A DNA stretch of 47,013 bases, taken from positions 1-47,013 of the forward strand of contig CANQQL010000003.1 of assembly GCA_947625975.1 (NCBI GenBank), written 5' to 3'. The notes below the pieces were generated by a model. It worked only from the letters and a program-made list of their open reading frames with translations, ran no database searches and had not been told where the DNA came from. Position 1 is the first letter of the stretch. Every line of letters begins with the position of its first letter. The DNA comes from an uncultured Bacilli bacterium (GTDB lineage: Bacteria; Bacillota_I; Bacilli_A; RFN20; CAG-826). Shown piece after piece: positions 35,376 through 44,943 of this stretch. Made by a program: the position numbers and the translations under genes.

Positions 35376-38300
35376 ATGAAAAACATCTTGACTTGGATCA
35401 AATGTAAATTTTCATTTTTAAAAGATGAAAAAAGTATTTTTTATTACTTCTTATCTTTAGTTGGCTTAGCTCTGTTAATGTCATTAGTGGTCCTAATTAT
35501 GGAAGATTGGACCATTCCATTAGGGGGAGATTATGTTCAACAGCAAATCCCTTTTTACACGAATGGTTACGATGATTGGTGGCATTTTTTAAAAACCGGA
35601 GAATTTCCTCTATGGGATTCTAATACGGTATTAGGTGTTAATAATATAGGCGCGAATAGTTTTTATTATTTTTTAAATCCGTTTTTTTTACCAATTTTAA
35701 TTTGTCCTAGAGGATTAATTCCACAAGGTTTAGCCATCTTGATGATTTTAAAAATGGCCTTAGCAGGCATAACATTCCGAGCTTATCTTAAATATTTAGG
35801 TGTTGAAGAAAAGACTGCAAGAATATTTGCGATTGCTTATGCCTTTTGTGGTTGGAATCTTTACTATATGTGGTTTAATCACTTTATGGAAGTTGTCGTA
35901 ATGTTTCCATTGGTGTTACTCGGTATTGAGAAAGTTTTGAAAGAAAAAAAACCATGGACTTTAATGATGGCTTTATTTGTTTTAGGTTTAGCAAATTACT
36001 TTTTCTTGGTTGTGAGTTGCTTTGCTGGAGTTATGTATGCCGGTTTTCGTTATTTTCAAACACTAAAGCAAAGAAATTTTAAAGATAATTTGTTCATCAT
36101 AGTCCTTGGTGTTTTTGGCTTTGCTGTGGGATTAATGATGTGCGCTATTGTACTCTTACCATGTTTAAATGCTGTGCAAGAAGCAGGTAGAGTAGAGAAT
36201 GCCACATATCTACAGTCTTTAAAAAATGCTTTTACCGATAAAAATTTAGAAGCATTGTGGGATTTATTATTTGATTTTAACTCCGAAAAGAAAAAATATT
36301 ATCCGCTTGCTACATATTTCTTTCCGGTTGTCAGTGATTTTAACTGTTTGTTGTATCGTAATACGGGCTATGACAATACACTTTCAAGCCTTTTTATCTA
36401 TACGCCTTTAAGTCTTATGGTTGTACCTTCTATTATTGAAAGTATACGACAAAAAAAGGTTTCCCATATTTTAGCAATCTTTCTTTTTGTACTGATGCTT
36501 TTTACCCCTTTTGCATATCAACTATTCCATGGTTTTACTGTGGACTATGGTAGATGGCAGCTTTTTGTAGTAGTCGCTTTAATAACCTATGTTGCTTTAA
36601 ATTTTAAAAACATCAAAAATTATCCAAAGTGGTATTTTGATATCTCTGTGTTAGCAATTATTGCAGGCATGACATTTACAGTTTTAACTGCTCTTGACAA
36701 TCAATACGGGGTCAGTGATATTAAAAATACTTCGGCCATTATAATTTATCAATTTATTTATGTTTTAGTATGTTATTTTATAATAAGAGGTACGGTAAAA
36801 AAAGTAAAATTCGAAACGATTTTTACGGCTATTTTATCAATCGAAGTTTTAATTGTAGGTAATTTTACTTTATTTGGTCAAAAAACAAAATATCAAAATA
36901 TCGCTGGTGGATCGGCAAATTTTGCCGATGAAGTTGAAGTAGTCAAAAAAATAAATAATAGTGATAATTCTTATTTTAGAATTTTTAATACCACGGCAAA
37001 TGACTCTACAAATAATTTGGGAATGCGCGAAAATTATAATGGTGTAGGAGGTTTTCATTCTTTATATAATACCAATATCAAAGATTTTTTAAATTGGACA
37101 AGAATATTATATTCGAAAGATACTTGGACAATGGGAGCACATGAAAAACTTATCAATCTTGATGCGTTCTTAGGAGTCAAATATTATATTGTAAAAAATT
37201 CAGATTATAATACCATCTATAAAAATGAAGTTGTCAATGATAAAGAAATGTATAATATCCCTTTTGGATTTGAATATCGGGAAGATTTATCGTCAAATTC
37301 TCATTCCGTTTTTGAAAATAAAAATTTTATAGAATTAGGATATGCTTTTGATAATATAATTCCCATAAATGCAGATTCGATTGAAAATTATATTCACTTA
37401 AATAACAACTATTCTTATGTATATTGGCAGCAAAGATCACGTAACGATGGGGCGGCGACTAGTGGTTATCTGGTAAATGATTTTATGCAAGTAATAAAAA
37501 ATGAAGAAGCGCTAATGTCCGGAGCGATTCTTTACAATGTAACAGAAGATGGCTTTTTGCAAGAAAATGAATATGATGAAGATACATTAAATTTGCTTGA
37601 AGATTTTCCTATCAATGATTTTACTTCCGCATCTGGTAAACTATATATTAATCCGGAATTACAAGTTACACGATATGCTTGCCCATCAGGTGTAGGTGAT
37701 TCAAGTGATGCTTTATTGGATAACACCAATTGCACAAAAGTTACTGGTAATAATACACCATATACAACAGGAACAACAAAGTATGTTATTGAATTAGGGA
37801 ATAATAAAAATTTTTGTAGTGCTTCTGATAAAGGATGTTTTATAGGTTTGAAATTGCAATTGAATAGATTTGCGTATGTTCATATTTTTGATGAAAATGG
37901 TAATATGCTTACTTTTGATTATCATCAATATATTAATCAAGATTATAAGAATTTACGTGGCTTTTATGTTAAAAAACCTGCAAAAACAATTGTTGTTAAA
38001 CCGATGATTAATGAAGGCGACAACACAAATATGAATGGATTTGCAATTTATGAGGAAAAATATGAAACTTATATTAATAGACTAAACAAAGTAAAAGAAA
38101 ATGCATTACAAAATGTGCACGTTTCGACAAATAAAGCAAATTTTACAACAAACTTTAGTGAAAATAAAATAGTGGTTACAACTATTCCATTTGATAATGG
38201 TTGGACGCTTAAAATGACTGATGAAAAGGGCAATATAACTAAACCACAAATTTTTAAAGCTCAAGGTGGCTTTTGTGCTTTTGTTGGAAAAAGCGGAAAT

Positions 38301-38441
38301 AACGCCTATGAAATGGAATATTTTACACCAGGTTTAAAACCTGGAATAACTATATCACTAATTGGGTTTGCCCTATTTGGTTTTACTTTAGGTTTACAAG
38401 TAATAATAAATAAAAAATATAAAAAAGAAGAAAAGAGTTAA
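35376..38441 (+). CDS. YfhO-family membrane protein (GT-C-type glycosyltransferase)
   Basis: GDYVQQQ..F, YYFLNPF, LEKVL, FRI..T, TTIPFDNGW, C-terminal TM; AAGGAG RBS supports ATG 35376. Confidence 0.88.
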   Translation: MKNILTWIKCKFSFLKDEKSIFYYFLSLVGLALLMSLVVLIMEDWTIPLGGDYVQQQIPFYTNGYDDWWHFLKTGEFPLWDSNTVLGVNNIGANSFYYFLNPFFLPILICPRGLIPQGLAILMILKMALAGITFRAYLKYLGVEEKTARIFAIAYAFCGWNLYYMWFNHFMEVVVMFPLVLLGIEKVLKEKKPWTLMMALFVLGLANYFFLVVSCFAGVMYAGFRYFQTLKQRNFKDNLFIIVLGVFGFAVGLMMCAIVLLPCLNAVQEAGRVENATYLQSLKNAFTDKNLEALWDLLFDFNSEKKKYYPLATYFFPVVSDFNCLLYRNTGYDNTLSSLFIYTPLSLMVVPSIIESIRQKKVSHILAIFLFVLMLFTPFAYQLFHGFTVDYGRWQLFVVVALITYVALNFKNIKNYPKWYFDISVLAIIAGMTFTVLTALDNQYGVSDIKNTSAIIIYQFIYVLVCYFIIRGTVKKVKFETIFTAILSIEVLIVGNFTLFGQKTKYQNIAGGSANFADEVEVVKKINNSDNSYFRIFNTTANDSTNNLGMRENYNGVGGFHSLYNTNIKDFLNWTRILYSKDTWTMGAHEKLINLDAFLGVKYYIVKNSDYNTIYKNEVVNDKEMYNIPFGFEYREDLSSNSHSVFENKNFIELGYAFDNIIPINADSIENYIHLNNNYSYVYWQQRSRNDGAATSGYLVNDFMQVIKNEEALMSGAILYNVTEDGFLQENEYDEDTLNLLEDFPINDFTSASGKLYINPELQVTRYACPSGVGDSSDALLDNTNCTKVTGNNTPYTTGTTKYVIELGNNKNFCSASDKGCFIGLKLQLNRFAYVHIFDENGNMLTFDYHQYINQDYKNLRGFYVKKPAKTIVVKPMINEGDNTNMNGFAIYEEKYETYINRLNKVKENALQNVHVSTNKANFTTNFSENKIVVTTIPFDNGWTLKMTDEKGNITKPQIFKAQGGFCAFVGKSGNNAYEMEYFTPGLKPGITISLIGFALFGFTLGLQVIINKKYKKEEKS

Positions 38442-38457
38442 TTCATAGCAAAATCTT

Positions 38458-41163
38458 TTATTTACTTTTTTCGTGACTTTTTATTTTACCTATTATTTTT
38501 TTCCAATATTCAAAATCTACAAAGAAAATATATGCTATGGCAATTAATCCAATAAGAATTGTAAGGGTATATTCATTGGTTACATATTCTAAATCAATTA
38601 TCACGTTATCGCCACTTCTTAAATTTAACTTGCTCAAATCAGCTGAAACAAACAAATCTTGTGAAATAAAAGTTTGAATAGATTTATTATTTATTTTTAC
38701 TTTCCATTTTCCTTCATAAGGAAGACTTGTCATAAGTAAAGGATAATCTTCACTGTAGGTAACATTGCCATGTAAATGCGAAGAGGATAGTCTTTTTAAA
38801 CTGATATTATGATTTTTTAAAGTGGCAAAATACTCCTTTAGTAAGTCTATATCTTCATAATAAAAGCTAGGAATTATTTCCACTTCATCCCAGACTAAAT
38901 TTTCGTTTAATTTAAGTTGATAAGTTTTACTGGTTTGATAAGAACTATATTCAATAGGATTAACGGCATAATTATACATATTAAAATAATATAAATTACG
39001 CGTATCGGTTAAAGACATATATTGACTAAATCCATCTTTGATGTAGTAGTACATCGGATATTTATTATTCAAACTTACATTATATGTAATATAACCTGGT
39101 TTAGTTATGTCGATTAAGGCATAATGATCTTCGGATAATTGTCGAATATTTTGTAAAGAAGTAGTAAATGTCAAAGGTTTTAAGACATCGCCTAGATCTA
39201 ATCCACTTAAATTTTTTAACATTTGATTTTGATAACGGAAAACATTATGTTTTTCATTATTCTCTTGTTTTGGAGCATTTTTTGCCAAATAGGCGATAGA
39301 TAAAGCATAAGGATTTTCCATGACATAAATCTTATCACCAAGATACGAATCAAAATTCTTGACCGGGGTTAAAAAATCACGTGCACCAAAGTGGCGATTA
39401 GGAATTAAGATACTATTGTACTCGAAATCTCGATCGAGAATATATTTTATACCCATTAATGAATTGGCAGTCAAAGTAGAACCTAAGCCATAGGAAGACC
39501 AGTTATTATTTGTATGAAACCCCATATAATAAGCTAAATAGTTACGAGTCGATAGTTTGTCGTTTGAGGAATAATGAGTGAGTCCCGCATAATCAAACAT
39601 AAAGGAGTCATTGTTTGCCAAATTATAGGTATGCTGAGAGTAAAAAGTTTTTTCCATACGATAAAATTCTTCGCTTTCATCATATTCTTTTACAAAATTA
39701 ATTATTTGACCGATTTCATTAATTTCTTTTTGATATTTTTCATAACTGACATAACTTCCACTTCCGGATTCAGACTCTTCTTTGTTTTTACTAATAACAT
39801 AATTAGCATTAGCATTTAAATTTATAACATTTACCACAACCAAAAGTGTAGTTATCGTAGCTAATAACCATTTCTTTTTTAAATATTTTAAAGTAAATAT
39901 TAATATAAAGGCTATTGTCGTGAATAAAATATCGTTAAGAATGTTTGTTTCGTATCCACTAAGTTTAATAATTACACTTAATAATGCAAAAGCAACTAGT
40001 GGCACCACGAAATGATGAGATTTTAATCCGGAAATGTTGTCGAATTCTTTAAAAGCAAGATAAATTAAAAAGAAATCAAAGGTAAATGCGTATCTAAATG
40101 TAAACCATGTCGGAGCAGATCCACCATGTAGCAAATTATTCGGAAATGTAAATAGCATAATAAATAAATAAAGCACTATGACAATAGAAGAACTTATTTT
40201 TTCACGACGACTGATTTTGGCATTCATAAAATATAGAATGCAAAGTGCCAAACTAAGAGAGCCAATGAAAACAAGAGGAGCGCCATTAATTATATCAGGC
40301 ATACCCAAATAGGATTGACTAGTAAGATTTTTACCGAAATCAGCGATTTTCCATAAAAATTGCATGGAAAAAGCACTGCCGTTTTCTAGTGACGCTTTTG
40401 CTCCTCGCATATTTGCAAGAGCGGACACCCAGCTAAAGGAACTGATTGCGCCAGCAAGGATAGAACCAGAAATAAATGTTCTATATAAATGTTTAATTTC
40501 TTCTTTTTTACGGTCATAGCTATATAATTTGTATAAGAAAAACACCGCAGAAAAAAAGCAGAGCATAAAGCCAATATAATAGTTAATTAAAATGGCTAAA
40601 GATAAAAAGATGATATAAAATAAATTCCTTTTACCTTCAAAGATTTTTTCGATACCTAAAACGATTAAAGGCGCAAATATTACGCCATCTAAGAACATAA
40701 AGTTAAAATTGAAAACTATAACATAAGAACATAAAGCGTAAGCTGTGGAAAAAATTAAGTTTGAAATTATTTTATCTTTATTAAGATGCATCAATAATAT
40801 ATACATGGATAGCCCAATACTACCGATTTTTAAAATGGTAATAATAGCAATACCTAAAGGTAGAGACTCGGTATTAAAGAAAATATATAAAAGGTTAAAA
40901 GGCGATAGTAAGTAGTAAGTGAACATTGAAACCATATCGCCACCTAATGGTTTAGCAAAAGTGTATTTTATGTTATTTTGGCCAAGCAATATGGTGCGGT
41001 AATAGCTAAGAAAGGATATATACTGACCTTGTGAGTCAACAAACAATATTGTGGAATCACCAAAAGGATAAATTTCATTTCTTTTTAAGATAAATAAAAA
41101 CACTAATGATGGTATTAAGAACGATATAATGAATCCACATATTGAAAATATTTTTCTTTTCAT
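38458..41163 (-). CDS. Second YfhO-family membrane protein
   Basis: DSQGQY, YYLLSPFN, FLDG, NYYIGFM, FRY.F.F, YRMEK, SLPYEGKW. Confidence 0.88.
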   Translation of the reverse strand: MKRKIFSICGFIISFLIPSLVFLFILKRNEIYPFGDSTILFVDSQGQYISFLSYYRTILLGQNNIKYTFAKPLGGDMVSMFTYYLLSPFNLLYIFFNTESLPLGIAIITILKIGSIGLSMYILLMHLNKDKIISNLIFSTAYALCSYVIVFNFNFMFLDGVIFAPLIVLGIEKIFEGKRNLFYIIFLSLAILINYYIGFMLCFFSAVFFLYKLYSYDRKKEEIKHLYRTFISGSILAGAISSFSWVSALANMRGAKASLENGSAFSMQFLWKIADFGKNLTSQSYLGMPDIINGAPLVFIGSLSLALCILYFMNAKISRREKISSSIVIVLYLFIMLFTFPNNLLHGGSAPTWFTFRYAFTFDFFLIYLAFKEFDNISGLKSHHFVVPLVAFALLSVIIKLSGYETNILNDILFTTIAFILIFTLKYLKKKWLLATITTLLVVVNVINLNANANYVISKNKEESESGSGSYVSYEKYQKEINEIGQIINFVKEYDESEEFYRMEKTFYSQHTYNLANNDSFMFDYAGLTHYSSNDKLSTRNYLAYYMGFHTNNNWSSYGLGSTLTANSLMGIKYILDRDFEYNSILIPNRHFGARDFLTPVKNFDSYLGDKIYVMENPYALSIAYLAKNAPKQENNEKHNVFRYQNQMLKNLSGLDLGDVLKPLTFTTSLQNIRQLSEDHYALIDITKPGYITYNVSLNNKYPMYYYIKDGFSQYMSLTDTRNLYYFNMYNYAVNPIEYSSYQTSKTYQLKLNENLVWDEVEIIPSFYYEDIDLLKEYFATLKNHNISLKRLSSSHLHGNVTYSEDYPLLMTSLPYEGKWKVKINNKSIQTFISQDLFVSADLSKLNLRSGDNVIIDLEYVTNEYTLTILIGLIAIAYIFFVDFEYWKKIIGKIKSHEKSK

Positions 41164-41282
41164 TGAATTTTCATTTAGCCCTTTCTTATAAAATTTAATT
41201 TAAAAAGATATCTTATTTGCTTATTATACACTTTTTATAAGGTTTTTAGAAATTTATTAAGGAAAATAGGTAGCCACTAAAA

Positions 41283-41340
41283 ATTGACAAATTTCGACAC
41301 GAATACAAACTATTATTAGTATGAATTGTTTTATGTCGAA
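41283..41340. promoter_or_regulatory. Cluster of Spo0A-box-like heptamers
   Basis: ATTGACA(41283-89)-AAT-TTCGACA(41293-99) tandem pair with a 3-bp spacer, plus TGTCGAA (41334-40). Confidence 0.6.
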
Positions 41341-41354
41341 TTTTGTTTTAAAAT
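41326..41354 (+). promoter_or_regulatory. Possible sigmaA promoter of the orphan/ugd-like operon, with a 0A box in its spacer
   Basis: TTGTTT-N17-TAAAAT, 18 nt upstream of ATG 41373. Confidence 0.45.
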
Positions 41355-41372
41355 TAACACGGTGATGAGAAT

Positions 41373-41717
41373 ATGAAAAACTATGAAGAATGGAAAATGT
41401 ATAAATTTGAAATCGAAACACAAAATCCATTTTCTAGTAAATATACCACAAATGATGGCGATATTTTCTATGTCGAGCCGGTATTTTATACAATGTTTTC
41501 ATCCTTTAAAGAACATTATCCCAATGATGTCGCAAGAATTTTAAAGGAAATGGAACGAGTGGTAAAAGTAAACCATAAAGTAATATTTACCGGTAATTAT
41601 GAGCATCCTTTAACACAAACTAAGGAAGATTTCATAATTTTGGAAATTTTCGATATTACAGATCCATTAAATATTTTTGTCGAAGATAAATCGCGCGGTT
41701 CAGATTACGGAGATTAA
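41373..41717 (+). CDS. Hypothetical protein (114 aa, acidic)
   Basis: GGTGA RBS, normal composition; no family recognised. Confidence 0.75.
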   Translation: MKNYEEWKMYKFEIETQNPFSSKYTTNDGDIFYVEPVFYTMFSSFKEHYPNDVARILKEMERVVKVNHKVIFTGNYEHPLTQTKEDFIILEIFDITDPLNIFVEDKSRGSDYGD

Positions 41718-41738
41718 CTGCGAAAATAAGAGGGTACT

Positions 41739-43028
41739 ATGAAAGTAGGAATTATTGGGTTAAGCGAATTAGGAATTACAAATGTTGCATTACTTGCTAA
41801 TTTTGGTTATGAAATTATAGCATATGACTCTAATGCTTTTTGTGTATCATTACTAAGCAAAGGCATAAAAAGGTTTAAAGATGAGCGAATAAAAAAGATT
41901 ATTGATAATCACAGAGATACAATTCAATACACAACTAATATCTTAGATTTAACAGGGATTGAAGTTATAATAATTGCAATAGAATTAGAAGAAATTAATG
42001 GTAAATATAATTTAAATTCTTTTTATTTAACAATCGATGAAATAAAAAAGTTTTTTCATTGGAAAACTACGCTTATTATAAAAACTCCTTTACCGGTTGG
42101 TAGCTGTCAAATAATAGATAAGTATTTAAATCGAAATAGCAATAATTTTTCTATTGCCTATATTCCCACGTGTTGTATAAATAATAACTATTATGATGAT
42201 ATTTTTATGCCTACAAAGTTGGTAGTAGGAACATCAACTTCGCTAGCGCATATAACAGTTCGGTTATTATATGAAAAGTTTTTAATGCAAGAAGTATTGC
42301 TGTATTTTGTTTCGTTTGAAGAAGCAGAGCTTTATCGCGTGGCAAATAACTATCTGGAAGTTTTAATTACTTCTTATATTACGAACATGCATTGTCTATT
42401 TAATGATTTTAATTTAAATTTCAATAACTTAATTTCAAAAATCCAATTACCGAATATTGGTAAATTTGTGAACAAAGGCAATGGTAATAAATTAATTTGT
42501 GAATATAATAATTTAAAGTTCTTTTTAAAGAAAGATGTTAACCTTAATAAATCATTAGTAGAAGGTAATCAATACCTTGCGAAACAAATTGTGGAACAAT
42601 TGCCAAAAGATGCTTTAACTATTGGGATTTTGGGAATTAGTGATGCTTTTGAAGATGTTAGTATAATGGCTATAGAAATAATCTCTCAAATATTAACAAG
42701 TTTAAATTCAACAGTTTATATTTATGATAAAACAAATGAAGAAAACTTTAAAAAATTAATAGGGCCAAATAAAAAAATCAAATATGTTTTAGATGAAAAG
42801 AATTTGTTAAAAAAGACCAATATAATTTTAATACTTCATAAGAAAGAATCTTATAAAGAACTAAATGAAGAGTTTTATTTGAAATATGGACAAGATAATT
42901 TAGTTATTTATGATTTTGATGAGGTTTACAAATATAGTAATTGGTCAAGTGTAAAATTAATTAAAGTGAATAATCAAAGTAATTTAAAATACGAAGAACC
43001 TTCTATATATGAAAAAGCACCACAATAG
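41739..43028 (+). CDS. UDP-glucose/GDP-mannose dehydrogenase-family homolog with degenerate active site
   Basis: Collinear with TuaD/Ugd over its full length by eye, but GxGxxG is GLSELG, NPEFLREG is IPTCCINN, AEMIK is AELYR, and GGSCFPKD is not conserved (GNGNKLICEY). Confidence 0.75.
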   Translation: MKVGIIGLSELGITNVALLANFGYEIIAYDSNAFCVSLLSKGIKRFKDERIKKIIDNHRDTIQYTTNILDLTGIEVIIIAIELEEINGKYNLNSFYLTIDEIKKFFHWKTTLIIKTPLPVGSCQIIDKYLNRNSNNFSIAYIPTCCINNNYYDDIFMPTKLVVGTSTSLAHITVRLLYEKFLMQEVLLYFVSFEEAELYRVANNYLEVLITSYITNMHCLFNDFNLNFNNLISKIQLPNIGKFVNKGNGNKLICEYNNLKFFLKKDVNLNKSLVEGNQYLAKQIVEQLPKDALTIGILGISDAFEDVSIMAIEIISQILTSLNSTVYIYDKTNEENFKKLIGPNKKIKYVLDEKNLLKKTNIILILHKKESYKELNEEFYLKYGQDNLVIYDFDEVYKYSNWSSVKLIKVNNQSNLKYEEPSIYEKAPQ

Positions 43029-43038
43029 TGGTGCTGAT

Positions 43039-44052
43039 TTATTGTTGTTGGATTGAAGGATTTAAGTTTCTGGATGTTAGCCACATTATTCTGATACCAA
43101 GCATTACCATAAATAGCATTGTTGAGAATGATGGGAATATAAACCCTATAAGCGCTGATAAAATTGCTGGTGAAAGAGATGCGACACCGACAATCTTCAT
43201 AGCTTCAACAAATTTATAATCACGATAAGGATTATGTTTACCTCTGGTTATGATGAAGATCATTAAAACCATAAATAAAGATATAATGACATTAATTGCA
43301 GCGTAAATGCCGACTTGCGTAAACAAAGTTACTATTTTAGTGCTTTTATAGCCAACATCAATAAATTCTTTCCAATTGGAGAGAGAATGTTCGCCGGTAT
43401 ATGACGACATAACTTCTCCATTTTTAAAGCGGTCATATTTCATATAGCGTGTGGCAAATGGGGAGGACCAACTTTCAGCATTTTTGCTGTAAACGCAAAG
43501 AAAACATTCGGTTTTTCCAATAATTAAAAACGACGAAATTCCAATTGCAGTAATTTCTTGTGCTTGAATTTCACTAACTTTTTTATTAAAATCATCGCTA
43601 TTTAAATCTAAGGCAAGATAAACTCTTAATCGTTGAACTAATTTATCGCTGTAAGTACCATCTTCCTCGATGATGCGATCTGATCGCTCGTAAAAGAAGT
43701 ATTGGTAAGAATCAGGAGCATAAAAGTGTTCAGGATCATTGCTATTTGCCCAATTGTTATCGGGATCATTCATGGTAATGATTTTTGTTCCGTCTTCTTC
43801 TTTAATCTCGAATTTTATATTTTTTTCCTTCATAGTTTCAGAGAAATAGACTAATCCTTCATCTGCTCCATTGGCGTTACTACTAAGAATAGAAGAGCCT
43901 TTGACTGATGCAATCGTAACAATACTTGGAATCAATGCGACAATCATAGCAATGATAAATATAATGAATGACTCAATCCATTTTCTTTTTCGCCCTTCAA
44001 TAATTACACTATTATTGAATAAAGATTTAAGAACATATCTAAATGGTTTCAT
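43039..44052 (-). CDS. Membrane protein, possibly DUF1189/MalA-like (1 N-terminal TM, extracellular domain, 3 C-terminal TMs)
   Basis: Topology and C-terminal YKFVEAMKIVGVASLSPAIL; AGGGTG RBS supports ATG 44052; family call tentative. Confidence 0.55.
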   Translation of the reverse strand: MKPFRYVLKSLFNNSVIIEGRKRKWIESFIIFIIAMIVALIPSIVTIASVKGSSILSSNANGADEGLVYFSETMKEKNIKFEIKEEDGTKIITMNDPDNNWANSNDPEHFYAPDSYQYFFYERSDRIIEEDGTYSDKLVQRLRVYLALDLNSDDFNKKVSEIQAQEITAIGISSFLIIGKTECFLCVYSKNAESWSSPFATRYMKYDRFKNGEVMSSYTGEHSLSNWKEFIDVGYKSTKIVTLFTQVGIYAAINVIISLFMVLMIFIITRGKHNPYRDYKFVEAMKIVGVASLSPAILSALIGFIFPSFSTMLFMVMLGIRIMWLTSRNLNPSIQQQ

Positions 44053-44158
44053 TGCAAACATCACCCTTTTCAATGAATAATTATATAAGATATAATACTT
44101 AATTTCAATAAAATAAAAATTGACTATAAATTCAAAAGAATAAAATTTCTCAATCATT

Positions 44159-44167
44159 TGCTATAAT
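44159..44167 (+). promoter_or_regulatory. Extended -10 promoter for the GntR/RCK_C regulator
   Basis: TGcTATAAT, 21 nt upstream of ATG. Confidence 0.55.
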
Positions 44168-44188
44168 ATAAAAAAGCGAGGATTTTAT

Positions 44189-44812
44189 ATGAAAGTTAAT
44201 CCAAGTTACTTATTAATAGCGAAAGATATTGCTTTAAAAATAAGTAAAGGCATCTATAAAGAAAATGATAAAATAAAAGGAAGAACCTTATTAGCGGGTG
44301 AATATAATGTCTCTCCGGAAACTATCCGTAAAGCGATAAACATACTTGCGAATGAAAAAATAGTTTTAGTAAAGCAGGGTGTGGGAATTTTTGTAATATC
44401 CAGTGATACTGCTACAAAGTTTCTTTCCAAACTTGGCGATGAGGAAAATAGAAAAAAACAAATATCCGATTTAAATGATTTAATTGAGCAAAGAAACAAA
44501 CTTAATGAAGACATATTTAATCAATTAAATAAAATGTTAAAATCAGATAAATTAATAGCAGATTTGGATTTGGAGTTTAAAGAAGTAATAGTCGATGATG
44601 ACAGTTGGGTTATTAATCAGACAATTGGTGATGTCTATTTTTATAATTATACTGAAGCCACGATTGTCGCTATAATTAGAGGTAATCGTCTAATCGCTTC
44701 ACCCGGGCCGGACTTTACTTTTATTGCTCAAGATAAACTTATTATTGTTGGAAAAGATAAACTGTCTTATGATCGTGTTCTCACCTATTTAAAATATGGT
44801 GCTATGGAATAG
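44189..44812 (+). CDS. GntR-wHTH plus coiled coil plus RCK_C (TrkA_C) transcriptional regulator, BusR-like
   Basis: Y..IA.DIA..I..G.Y, LAGEYNVSPETIRKA, central heptad segment, C-terminal ATIVAIIRG....SPGPDF.F...DKL; 207 aa. Confidence 0.82.
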   Translation: MKVNPSYLLIAKDIALKISKGIYKENDKIKGRTLLAGEYNVSPETIRKAINILANEKIVLVKQGVGIFVISSDTATKFLSKLGDEENRKKQISDLNDLIEQRNKLNEDIFNQLNKMLKSDKLIADLDLEFKEVIVDDDSWVINQTIGDVYFYNYTEATIVAIIRGNRLIASPGPDFTFIAQDKLIIVGKDKLSYDRVLTYLKYGAME

Positions 44813-44888
44813 GATACGACCAATTATTAGCGATTGTTAAATAAAAAAACAAAAAGACTTAAATGTGTTGATTAGGGAAAAGCATATA

Positions 44889-44916
44889 TAGACATTTATT
44901 TAAAAAACTTTATAAT
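44889..44916 (+). promoter_or_regulatory. sigmaA promoter for the SPT-like operon
   Basis: TAGACA-N16-TATAAT, then AAGGAG RBS. Confidence 0.55.
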
Positions 44917-44943
44917 AGTGTTTGAAAAAAGGAGATTTTACTT

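Noticed and set aside
11203-39990. Other TGTCGAA/TTCGACA heptamers inside tilS, ftsH and both yfhO genes
   Set aside because: They lie deep in coding sequence and far from starts; a few chance hits are expected in 47 kb.
44080-44096. ATTATAT-AAG-ATATAAT palindrome as an operator for the BusR-like regulator
   Set aside because: It is almost pure AT and more simply explained by back-to-back -10-like elements in a divergent promoter region; it does not resemble known BusR sites as I recall them.
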